Shown one piece after another: positions 36,033-49,119 of a DNA stretch of 64,000 nucleotides. The notes beneath the pieces were generated by a model, which saw nothing but the letters and a program-made list of their open reading frames with translations, ran no database searches and was not told where the DNA came from. The stretch covers positions 1 to 64,000 of the forward strand of contig CALSCP010002362.1 in NCBI GenBank assembly GCA_943704425.1. The letters are read 5' to 3'. A program made the position numbers and the translations under genes. This DNA comes from Ministeria vibrans ATCC 50519 (lineage: Eukaryota; Protista; Filasterea). The stretch's first letter is position 1, and every line of letters begins with the position of its first letter.

Positions 36033-39000
36033 TCACACCTTAACAACCCCTTTTGTGGCATCCACACCCAACACCGCCCGCTGCTCAAACTGCAGCAACT
36101 CAGCGCCAAGGTCGCGGGCACTAGCACGTGTGATCAGCGCAGATAAGCGTTCCTCAAGAGCCACAAACGAGGGCCGCTCTGCCGCCTCTGCACTCCAGCA
36201 CGCTTTCAAAATTGAAAACACGTTCTGTAGAGACGAGTTGAACGTACACTTGTCAGCTAAAAAAAATTTCAACAACAACATTAACACTGACCTTCGGACA
36301 TCCAGGCGGCAGCTCAAGCCTGCGACCGGTTTGCACAAACGGTACAATGCCGTTGATAGGCACATCGCGGTACGGCCGGACCTTGCCAAACGTGAACAGC
36401 TCCCACACAAGGACACCAAATGACCACTACATACAGTGTTACACTCAAGACACCTGCTACCGTGCCATCACTTACCACATCACTCTTCTCAAGCAGGAAC
36501 ACCGCCTCCGTCAGCGCCTCCACTGGCATCCAGCGCATTGGCAGCTGACTCCCGTGCGGAATCTTGTAGCGGTCGTGACCTCGCTCAAGGCGCACCGCCA
36601 AGCCAAAGTCGCTCACCTTGACCACATTCTGTGCATATACAAGGCAGTTGCGCGCCGCAAGGTCGCAGTGCAGCACACCATTCTCCGCAAGAAAGCCCAT
36701 GGCCGACGCCACCTGCACAGCCACGCCAATCAATTCCATAGGCGACACCTCAAGACGGTGGCGTTGCTTAAAGAGGCGCCGCACAAAGTTGCGCAGGTCA
36801 CCGTACATGGCCAGCTCGGTCACAAGAAGCCACGGTTCGCGGTCCATGCATACACCGGCCAGTTTGACAATACCCGCGTGTTTCGCACCCACATCCGCCA
36901 GTAGCTGTGCCTCGCGCACAAAATCGTCACGATCGCGCTGAGACGCATTCGCATTGAGTGTCTTCACCGCGACAAGCTCTTCCTTCGTCGACGCAAGAAT
37001 GACAAACCCAAAATTGCCTTTGCCGATCTCCTCCTCAAACTCCAGGCGCGAACGGTCAAACTACAAAGATTAGCACAAATTCTTAATCATAACTCTTCTT
37101 CCCTCCCATCCAATGAAAATTACCTGACTTTCCACCATGAGTGCATTCATGTCGTGGCGCTCGTCATCGTACTCGCCCTCGTCATCGGCGACCTCGACAA
37201 GCTTGGGCATTGCTTCAAACACAGCCTTGTGCCGCTGGTGTTCCTGCGCCAGACTCGCTCGTGTCTTCGTCTTGAGCGACAGCGACTGGACAATCAACAA
37301 GACACGCTCTGACTGCTGCGCCATCGCTACACCATCCTCCTCGAAAGCACCACCGCCCTCCTCCATATCCTCCACGCGGTTACCGTACACAGTATCGCCA
37401 TCGACGGGCTCTTCGCGATTCCCATATTCGGCGACCAACGACGCCGGTAGGTAGCCAGTTCCGTCACTGTTGCCGTACAGGGTTCCTTGGTAATCGCTGC
37501 CAGTCGCGTTGGAGTACCCTGCGCCCATGTAGCCGTAGCCCTCATGCTCATCGTCCTCGTCCTCGTCCTTGTCAACCAGACCGTAGTCGTTTTCGCCGCC
37601 GGCCACTAAGGAATGGAGATCGCCCTCCTCAGCGGCATCCTGGCTAGGCTCGCGCATACTCATTGTCTCTGCGAAACTGAGTAGTTGAATGGAGCGCTTT
37701 CGCCCAAGCAAGTCTGGATGCACAGAGGCAGAAGCGGACGATGCCTTTGGCTGCAGGCCAGCATGCATGCCACCCTCAACAGTCATGTCGTCGCATGCTT
37801 CGACGGAGTCTGGAATTCCCGACGCGCGCCCGCCGCCCTCGGACCACTCGTTGCTGTGACTGAAGCGCTGTCGCACATGAGCGATCGCATTCTTCCACTC
37901 GCGGCGCGGTCGTCCACTCAGGATGAAGAGAACCGCCAATAAGGCACCCTGTAGCGTGTTGAAGATCACAAACAAGTACCACAGGGCCACCTGCTGCGCT
38001 GCAATTGCCACTATAAATAAGGAAAGAATTAGAGAGAAAAGCGGTTTATTCGATGTCACAGTATGATAATAGAAGCGACATTCTCATTACGTGGTGTGAA
38101 AAAAAACGTGACAAACTTACCGTAGGCAAAGATCCAGGTGAGACCAAGACACGCGACAATGCCAAAGAAAACGCGCACCCTCGACTTGTCACTGGCGGCC
38201 TTGTCAGTAGCACGCGAGGTGCGAGCCAGATGATAGAAGACCGCAACCGTCACAATCAGGTTGTACACGAGTACGCCGGCGATAGGAACAAGAAAGCCAA
38301 TGATCAGTCCCCACTTGGAGTGAATCCAACAGTGATTCTCGCCGCCAAACTGAACACCGCCCTGGGTGGCCACATCGACAAGGGTAATCACGAGGGTAGC
38401 GACCGCTGCGCTGGCCCAGCCAACGATGAAGTAGAAGCGCAACGAGCGGCCCTGACCAAACACCTTGACAAGCAGAAAGTACAGGTTGTGCGCAATGCAT
38501 GCCATCCATATGAATGAGGCCATGAGAGCAAAGTACAGGAGTATGCCGACAGCGCGACAGACTGACGTGTTCTGAGTCTTGGTGATGCCGGCGAGAAAAA
38601 TCAAGTTGACGGCAAACAGCGCCACTGCCAGGTTTGCAATCATGGCAATGGGCTGCGTGCGGATCTTCTTGAGCAGCGCGTACGAGAGAACAATAAACAA
38701 ACTTGCCACCATTGACAGTACGCATCCCAGGTAAGTGAGCACCGAGAGAGCGCGTGCGTCTGTCTCGCTCAACTGGGTCGCAAGTGGCGAGTTCCAGCCG
38801 GCGAGAATGGCAAACGAGGTCATATAGTGGCAGCGACGACAGCGGACAAGCGCCTGTGAATCAAGCTGCTTGCAGCGGCAGACTGTCTTGGTCGCGTGGC
38901 GCGTGTGTGCACGGCAGAGAGACGAAGACCACTGGCGCTTCCAGCGATCCCACTGGACACAGAGACGATCGTCGGAAAACGACTCGTTGCGATGTTGCAG

Positions 39001-42000
39001 CGTTACGTCAATGGCGACTTCGTCGGGCAGATCCGTGACAGTGAGGTTCCCAAGCGAGAAGCCCACAATGTTGGAGTCGACCTTGTCAGACTGTGTGTCG
39101 TCCGTCGAGACAAACGGGTTCGAGTGGCTAACGAGAAAGCGCGACGACAAACAGCTTTCGTTGAGACCGAGGTGAGCAACAAAACCACGCGGCACAACAA
39201 GTGTCTCGTTCAGACCCGTGTACGAACTTTCCACAAGCGAAGCGTTTTGGCGACGCGCAAATTGAGCAGCCAAGCGACCTTGGACCGTGAACTGCGAGCT
39301 TCTGTCGCAGGAGACACGCGATGACGCCGCCCCAACAAATTGGTCAATGAGTTCGGGCGCGGCGCTGCTCTGGTTCGACTGGCGCAGTGTGTTGAGGGCC
39401 GAGGGCTCAAGTAGATTGCTCAGCACCGCAAAGGACGATGTCAGGGCACCAGTCGCCAGGTCCGCCTGTTCTCCACTGCTGGTGTCATTGCCCACGAGCG
39501 AATCGAGGACAGAGCCAAGCATTGACACGATGGTGTTGGCAGATGAGGCGGTGTGGTTGGTGTCGTCGAGCCAAGTGTTGTTATTGGTGAGTTGTAGAAG
39601 GGGGATGGTGGCTGCGGCTGCGGCTGCGACCGAACCGCTTGTGGTGGTTTTATGCAGAGTGAGGGCAGTGAGAAGACACGTGACGGGAGCACTGCCACCG
39701 GATCCGGCCGTGTCGACAGTGCCCGCAGTGAAGGCAGCGGGGTTGATAAAGGCGGACACGCACAACTGGGGATTGTTGCCGAGTCGCGCGTCGCCAGTGA
39801 TGTTCTGCAGACGAGCGAGGTCAAGTGCAATCAGACTCGGGAGCGATTCGGCAATAAGGGAGCCGTCAATATGCGCGAGGTGGGGCATGATCAAGTCGAC
39901 AACGCGCGTCGCCGGTGAGTCGACAACACGGATATCACCGCGTACGCGACGCAACAAAGGCACTTGAACTGACTCGACTGACGTGGTGTTGATCGTGAGA
40001 GGGCCGTACAGATCACCGAGCGTGGCCAAGGGTGCGACCGAGCGCACATCCACTCCAGAAAGATGAAGCCCTCCAAAAATGTGCGAGCAGCCAGCGTAGG
40101 CGTCGACACGCGCTTGTGAGGTGACAACTGTCTCGACGCGGCAGTCGCTTTGACACTGGGGCCCCACAACCTCGGCGATACAGGTGCAGTTGTAGCGGTT
40201 CGTGTTCGCGTCGTCTTCGGCACAAGTGCCATCGTTCTCACAGGGTGACGATGCGCACTCGTCAATGTTCGACTCGCACTGGGCGCCGGTGAAGCCCGGA
40301 GAGCACACGCAAGAGAAGGCGTCAAGAGCATTCACACATGTGCCGGCATTGATGCATGGTGACGAGGAGCACTCATCGACTGCGAGTAGAGCCAGCTGTG
40401 CCGATGAAGCAGCGGTGGAGCCACACGAGCTGGTTGAGGAGAGAGGAACGCAGGTGCTGAGGCGACGACGGCCCGTGCTCAGTGGGCTCTCGGCCAGTGT
40501 CCAGGTGGACGGACTGTCAAGCGGCGCGGCGACATATACGAGACCATCGACAGTAGTTGCGTTTGCGTCGCGCGCAATGTGGATTTCGACAGCGCGCGCA
40601 AAGTCGGAGCCATTGAGCGACGGCACCCACAAGGAGTACACAATCTGCTGTGCCTTGACGGCGTTTGAGGGGAGTGTGGGTACTGCCAAGGCCGCCACAA
40701 TGTCAGCAAGGACAACAGTTCCGTTCGCTGTGATGGCGTTTGCTGGTATGATGACGGCGAGAGCGCCAAACGAAAGGGTTCCGCCTGCAGGCCCAACGAT
40801 GGTGCCGGTCTGTTCGCAAGCGGCACCAACATAGTTCGCGGCGCACACACACGTCGTACTGTTGATACCGTCAACACATGTGGCCCCGTTGGCACACGTG
40901 CTGGATGCACACTCATCAATGTTCGACTCGCACGCGATGCCTGTGAAACCGGCCAGACATGGGATTTTCACGCCACAAGTGGGACCCGTATAGAGGGTAT
41001 TGCAGGTGCACAAAAACCCAGCCACGCTGTCTGTGCACGAACCGCCGTTTGAACACGGCGACGAAGCACACTCGTCAACGTTGACATCGCACAATGTACC
41101 AGTCCAGCTCGAGTCGCATGTGCACGAGAAGGCGGAGTGGGTATCGACACAAACAGCGCCGTTATGGCAAGGCGACGAAGCACACTCGTTGATGGCGTCA
41201 TCGCAAAACTGACCGGTGAATCCTGGCGCACAGAAACACATAGTGCTGTTGGCGGCACAGGTTCCATCGTTTGCGCACGGTGTAGTGGTACAGTTGGTGG
41301 CGCAGGGGCTCGCATCGAGAATAATGATAATGTCGTCGGCAAAGCTGAGCAATGCGTTGAGACCAAACTCGATGCGTTCGAACGACGCGGTTTGTTGTAG
41401 CACTGACTCAGCAGTGTAGTCGACGAGGGCGCCCGAGCAAGGGAGTGATTGGTGAAGCCAGTTTGTCGGGTCGAGGAAAACCCCGTTGCCAGCCGTGTTG
41501 GTGAAGACAGCGAGGGCGCTGTCGCAGGAAGTTCCGGTCCGCGTCGTCGGGCACGCACAGATGTACGAAGACAGAGAAGCAATGCAAGTGCCACCGTTTG
41601 CGCACGGGGACGAGGCGCACGGGTCTGTGCATGTGTGGTTCGAGCTGCGAAAAATGGGCAAATTGAGTATCTGGGTTGAGCTTCGGTCTAAGAGATCGAA
41701 AATGGTGGCATTGAATTCTCTTATTGACTTACGCATGGGTACTGAACAGAATGCCAGTATTGGGCTCAAAAGTCGCGTACGTATCCGTTGTAAGGGCCAT
41801 TCCCGAAGCTGTCGCAGATGCCCTCAGAGAAACCGCCGCCGAAGAGGCGACAACGACCAAGTCTCCGGAGCATGGGATCGCTCCTGCGTTCCAGTTGGCA
41901 CTCACATCCCAAAATCTCGAGGAGTTGCTCGAAAAGAGTCGAGTGTCGGCTCTTACGGGCACGAGCAGGCAGAGGAGAAACAGGGCAACTGAAGTCGTGA

Positions 42001-42016
42001 GTTTGGGAGACAACAT
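36033..42016 (-). CDS. Adhesion GPCR-tyrosine kinase fusion: signal peptide, 2 amnionless-like modules, about 7 EGF, ZU5-like, L-domain, GAIN/GPS, secretin-type 7TM, Tyr-rich tail, non-RD TK. Exons 42016-41733, 41644-38121, 38010-37124, 37060-36476, 36426-36292, 36224-36033
   Basis: All five introns are GT-AG and phase-compatible by manual splicing; GPS CVQWD...WSSSLC...TVCRC...MTSFAIL; TM motifs LTYLGCVLS, SFIWMACIAHNLY, VGW, CWI, LGLTWIF, LFVIFNTLQG; kinase GKGNFG, VAVK, HCDLAARN, DFG, LPMRWMPVE. Confidence 0.88.
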
Positions 42017-42442
42017 ACCCGCCTGGTCCAGGGCAAGCGTGTCAGGTAACGTAAATGTGCGGTTTAGCCTCCCCTTTAAGGCCTGGCTTGTTGTTTGAGG
42101 CACGCTGAAGATAGTCGGATGGATAGAGAAAGAGAGAAAGAGAGACGAGAGTCAGTTTCGACAAATTTCCGCTTCAACATAGCTACGGCCGTGAGACACG
42201 ATTCCGGTCATAACAGACAATTTCAACATTAATAAACAGACGAATAACAACCCCGTACACCAATAACATGACCAGATGGAGTGGAAATGGTACAGAATTT
42301 CCACGCGGCATGAAAGAACCACCTCGAAAAGAACGCCACAAAAAAAAAAAAAAAAAAAAAAACGTTTCAGCTTGTAAGACATTGCTTCTGCAGTAAAAGT
42401 ACAAGAGGGGATGTGTGTATTGTAGTATGTAGACAAGCAGCG

Positions 42443-42740
42443 TCAAAAGAGCACCAGGCTGTTGCCATAGACGGCAGAGACAGCGACGACTGCGCCGAAA
42501 ATGACTACATCGCGTGCGACTCGCCTACGCATGGAAAACGGTCAGTGGCGCCATGGAGGCGGCGGCGGCGGGCACAGGGCCGATGTCTTGCTCATGGGGA
42601 CACGGTTGCTGTGAACCGCTGTGGAGGGGGGCTTACAGAATGGCGCTGATGGGGGTCGCGGGAGCGGACGGGCCAGCGGCTCCTGCGCTGGGCATTGACG
42701 GCTCTTCGGGGAACTCAAGCGAGGGGTTGGGGTCGTCCAT
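42443..42740 (-). CDS. 61-aa tail-anchored microprotein (Tom6-like layout); exons 42740-42637 and 42524-42443
   Basis: Splices via gtaagc...gcgtag to MDDPNPSLEFPEEPSMPSAGAAGPSAPATPISAILRVARDVVIFGAVVAVSAVYGNSLVLF*; head-to-head with PFDN5. Confidence 0.55.
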
Positions 42741-42915
42741 TGCTGCCGGTTTGGGAAGGAAAAAGATCAAGAGGACTGCCGAGAGTCGAGAGACTGAGAG
42801 AGATCAGAGAGAGTCAACGAAGAACTGTTGATTGAATTCTGCGTTAACGTACGTTGATCAACAGAGTATAACTAATATCAGCTTTCAACACATTTATTTT
42901 TGAACAACCCTGAGC

Positions 42916-43711
42916 ATGTCTGAAGGACGCGAAATCAACTTGGCAACGCTGCCGTTGCCGCAGATGCAGCAGCTTCAACAGCAATTTCAACAGGTTTGCA
43001 CATCTCTCTCTCTATCTCTCTCTCTCGCGCGCGCTCTCTCTCTCTCTCGCCCAGGCCCATCTACACCATCATCAAATGAACATGCTACTTACGGCGCTCT
43101 GCTGCTGGCTCTCTGTAGGAGATTGAGTATTTGACGCAGTCCTTTCGCCAATTGAAAAAGGCGGAAGCGAAATTCGGCGGCGCCCAAAAGTCCATTGCGT
43201 CGTGCAAGACGAGTGAAGTGGGCCACGAGGTTCTTGTACCCCTTTCAAGTGCCGTACGAAGCTCCTCAAAATGTCCCTTTCGATCAACCAACACATTTTC
43301 GTCTTCTTTCTCTCCTACTCGCGCAGGTGTACGTCAAAGGGTCTCTTGACGCTCCCCAGACCTTCCTCGTGGACATTGGTACCGGGTATTTTGTCGAGAA
43401 GAACGCCGAAGACGCCGACAACTACTACAAGCGAAAGGAGGTATCACACGAGTTTTATTGATTGTTACTTTTCACTTCTTCTTTCCTAATCCGCTTTGTG
43501 TTTGCAGGAGTCTGTCCAAGCAAGCTCTAAGAATGTTGAGGGGATCATTGTGGAGAAACAGAAGAACCTGCAAGGTGAGCGCAACAGCAGAGCTAGAGAG
43601 AACACTGACACGAATGATCTTGTGCACGTCTTAGTGGTGACGGATGTGCTGCGCCAACGGATGGCAATGCAGCAGCAGATGCAACAACAGCAGGCTGCAG
43701 CAGCGAAATAA
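42916..43711 (+). CDS. PFDN5: Prefoldin subunit 5; 5 exons
   Basis: INLATLPLPQMQQL, YLTQSFRQLK.A..KF, EVLVPLSS, VYVKGSL, FLVDIGTGYFVEK. Confidence 0.95.
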
Positions 43712-43765
43712 GGAGAGGGACCAGCGGCTCTGCTCTTTTGTGTATGAATTCTTCTCTTTGTGTGT

Positions 43766-44912
43766 TTACAATTTCTTTCCTTGAACTCGAAAGTCAAACG
43801 AGTGAGTCCCATCGCTCTCGACGGACGCGTACAAGCGCGTGCCTTGTCGAACATACTCGCAGGTGAGGGGAAACCAAGCGTTGACGGTGGATGTTTGGTT
43901 GTGCCAGTCGTTGTGAGCGAGACGGGCAAGTCGGTTGACGGACGCCTGCACGTGAAAGGTGGCGCTGTTGGCCGAGCGAGAGGAGCCCTTGGGGTAGAGC
44001 GAGAAGGTGAAGTTGCCATCGTAGGGCGCCGTTGTCACGTAGTCAGTGTATTGAAAGGCTGTTGTGGAGCCCACTTCAGGAATATCTGCAAAATATATAA
44101 ACAAAACGCGTAAGTTGATTACGCACCTAAATTGGTGCATAGCAACAGATACCGTCGTCAACTTTGAGCTCCGTGGGTGGCGCTGGGGGCACGGAGCGTG
44201 AAGTGGCACTGATGGAGTACGATTCGCTGTCGCCAATGCCCTGAACGCCCACGTAGAAGGTGGCGTTGGCGTCGGGACCAGCATGGTCAATGTGCACGAC
44301 GGACGGGTAGCCCGTGATCGCACCCATGGACCAGTCGGACACGCCGTCGACCGGTCGGTACCCAAGCCCCACCCATGTCCACGCGCCGTACTGACTCCCG
44401 CCTAAACGGTGTGTGTGTGTGAGAGAGAGAGTGAGAGAGAGAGAGGAGGGAGAAAGAAACAAAGTGATAGATAGATAGATAGGAGGGAGAGAAACAAAGT
44501 GATAGATAGTTAGAGAGAGAGAGAAACAAAGTGATAGATAGAGAGAGAGAGAGAAAACCAAAGTGATAGAGAGATAGAGAGAGAGAGAGAGAGGAGGGAG
44601 AAAGAAACAAAGAGAGAGAGAAGAAAGAGAGAGACAATTGACAGTTGACTTTTTGTTGTACCTGTGATTGTGGTCGTAATGTCAATATTGAGCCATGAGC
44701 TTACATTGAAATAGTAGTAGTTGTACTGCAAGGGGCATACACAAATGAGGTCCAAACGCTGAAATGAGAGCAAATTCAAAGTGTACCGCATTGAATTTGA
44801 CGGATCCCGTCAACACACTGCCGTCGAGCGGAAGGAGCGTTGTATCGTCACCGCGACAGGGCGATAGGATTGCAAGGGTGGAAACAAGGAGTATCAAGCA
44901 AAAGGAGTTCAT
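43766..44912 (-). CDS. Secreted protein with two PPC-like beta-sandwich domains; about 4 exons
   Basis: Signal MNSFCLILLVSTLAILSPCRG; YNYYYFNV; VGLGYRP; TFYVGVQG...SYSISA; second similar unit ending FDFRVQGKKL*. Confidence 0.6.
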
Positions 44913-44949
44913 GCTTTATATATAAAAAAGTGGTGTATTTGGAGAGTGA

Positions 44950-46326
44950 TCAACTGTTACAACTCCACTTTGAGTCTTCAGTGTAACACACAATGTACGC
45001 GCCCCAGGATCCAATGGGCTGCCCAAAGTGGGATACGCAGTTACAGTGCGAGGCGTTGTCGTTGAAGGTGATTGGGCGCGGAATGGAAAGAGGATAGCAG
45101 GCGGGCTGTGTCCAGTTGCCCAGGGGTAGACCAGTGTCGGCGGAGAAGGCGTACTCGGTGAACCAGCTTTCGCTGGTTGACGAGAAGGTGTTGGTGACGA
45201 GTAGGTTGGAGTCGCCCATGAGGTTGAGAAAGGGCTGGCGTCCGCCGCACGGGACTGCCTTGGACGTGCGGTAGAGCTGCTCGCCCGTCGTCGTGTTCCA
45301 AGCGAGCAGCGTGCAGTCAAAGTAGTAGGGCATGGCAAGAGTGTCGGGTGCGGTGAATTGCAAAGGAGCGTAGCTGCCACTGCTAGAGAAGCTGGGGAGC
45401 GCGAGCGAGCGGGGCAGACGCTCACCCGTGTCACTGGCAAATAGCGTAATGTAGTTTGTCCGTCCCGATCCCGAAGGCGTAGTGATAGCCAGGAGGGTGT
45501 CGGAGACGATGGAGAAGACGGAACAAGGACTCGCGCGTGGCTGAGTGTAGTTGCTGGCCCAACGAGGGGCACCCGAGGTCAGGTCGAAGGAGAGAAGCTG
45601 TCGGTACGACATGGCATGGAGACCGTCGGGGTTGGTCGCTAGCCAAAATACGTAGTCGTCAACGGGAGTTTCCCATCGCTGGACGCCTGTCAGGCTGTCA
45701 AAGGCGACAATGGACGACGAGAAGACTCCCCAGACACTCTGGTTGGTGACCTTTGCGCCGTACACAGTGCTGCCGTCGGGCGAGAGTGCGATCGGGAAGG
45801 GCCCACAGTTGACGAGTGACGGCCAAGGGATGAGCAATGGCTGGGTCCACAGCAAATGGCCTGTTGCCACATCGAGCGCGTTGACGCCGATGGTGAAATT
45901 CGACGACGAGTACGCCAGAGTTGTCGTCGTCAGCACAATCTTATCGGACACCAGCAGAAACGCACGCGTCGCCGTGCTGCCATCTTCCGGTACCCATCGC
46001 CACTGAAGCTCGCCAGAGTCCAGGTTGAGAGCAAGCACGGTGGGATTGGACAGGCCGTTGGAGTCGACGGTCGCGGTTGCGGATGAGTTGTCAAAGTAGA
46101 AGTACAGACTGGTTGCGTCTGCCGCCATTGTCGTGCCACCGGGCGCGTTCTCTTGCTTGGGCGTCTGGAACTGGTAGGCAAACCCCCCATTGGCAGGACA
46201 CCCACGTGGCGCTTGGCCTGTGCCCAGCGGTCCGGTAGGTGTCGGCCAGGGAAGTGACGCGTGCGCGAGGGTGAGAAGCACCGATGTCACCAGCACAGAC
46301 AGCGCAGGAGAAGTGCAGCCATTCAT
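44950..46326 (-). CDS. Secreted PQQ/BamB-like beta-propeller protein; intronless
   Basis: Signal peptide; repeats ALNLDSGELQWRW, ALDVATGHLLWT, AFDSLTGVQRWET, SFDLTSGAPRW, AFSADTG. Confidence 0.8.
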   Translation of the reverse strand: MNGCTSPALSVLVTSVLLTLAHASLPWPTPTGPLGTGQAPRGCPANGGFAYQFQTPKQENAPGGTTMAADATSLYFYFDNSSATATVDSNGLSNPTVLALNLDSGELQWRWVPEDGSTATRAFLLVSDKIVLTTTTLAYSSSNFTIGVNALDVATGHLLWTQPLLIPWPSLVNCGPFPIALSPDGSTVYGAKVTNQSVWGVFSSSIVAFDSLTGVQRWETPVDDYVFWLATNPDGLHAMSYRQLLSFDLTSGAPRWASNYTQPRASPCSVFSIVSDTLLAITTPSGSGRTNYITLFASDTGERLPRSLALPSFSSSGSYAPLQFTAPDTLAMPYYFDCTLLAWNTTTGEQLYRTSKAVPCGGRQPFLNLMGDSNLLVTNTFSSTSESWFTEYAFSADTGLPLGNWTQPACYPLSIPRPITFNDNASHCNCVSHFGQPIGSWGAYIVCYTEDSKWSCNS

Positions 46327-46481
46327 ACTGCGAGTGTGTGTTGTGTAATGTAGCAGGAGTGGGTAGGGAGGCTGTCAGACTCACGTCAGACTTGAGAGGG
46401 AGTGAAATGAAATAATATGATTTCAGAATTCTCAATTCAGATAATCAGATTTAGTCAAACAACAAATTTTATCATTCCGCT

Positions 46482-49036
<2,555 letters not shown>

Positions 49037-49119
49037 AGAATATACTCATCGCCACTTTGGACACGATCATGTGAAAAGAACAAAAAGAAAACAAGTTTTG
49101 CATTGGGTTGTTTGCGCCT

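Noticed and set aside
38853-38875. Possible GC-AG micro-intron (gcaagc...cacag) that might restore a canonical GPS
   Set aside because: Only 20 nt and would shift the frame; no suitable AG before CHYM.
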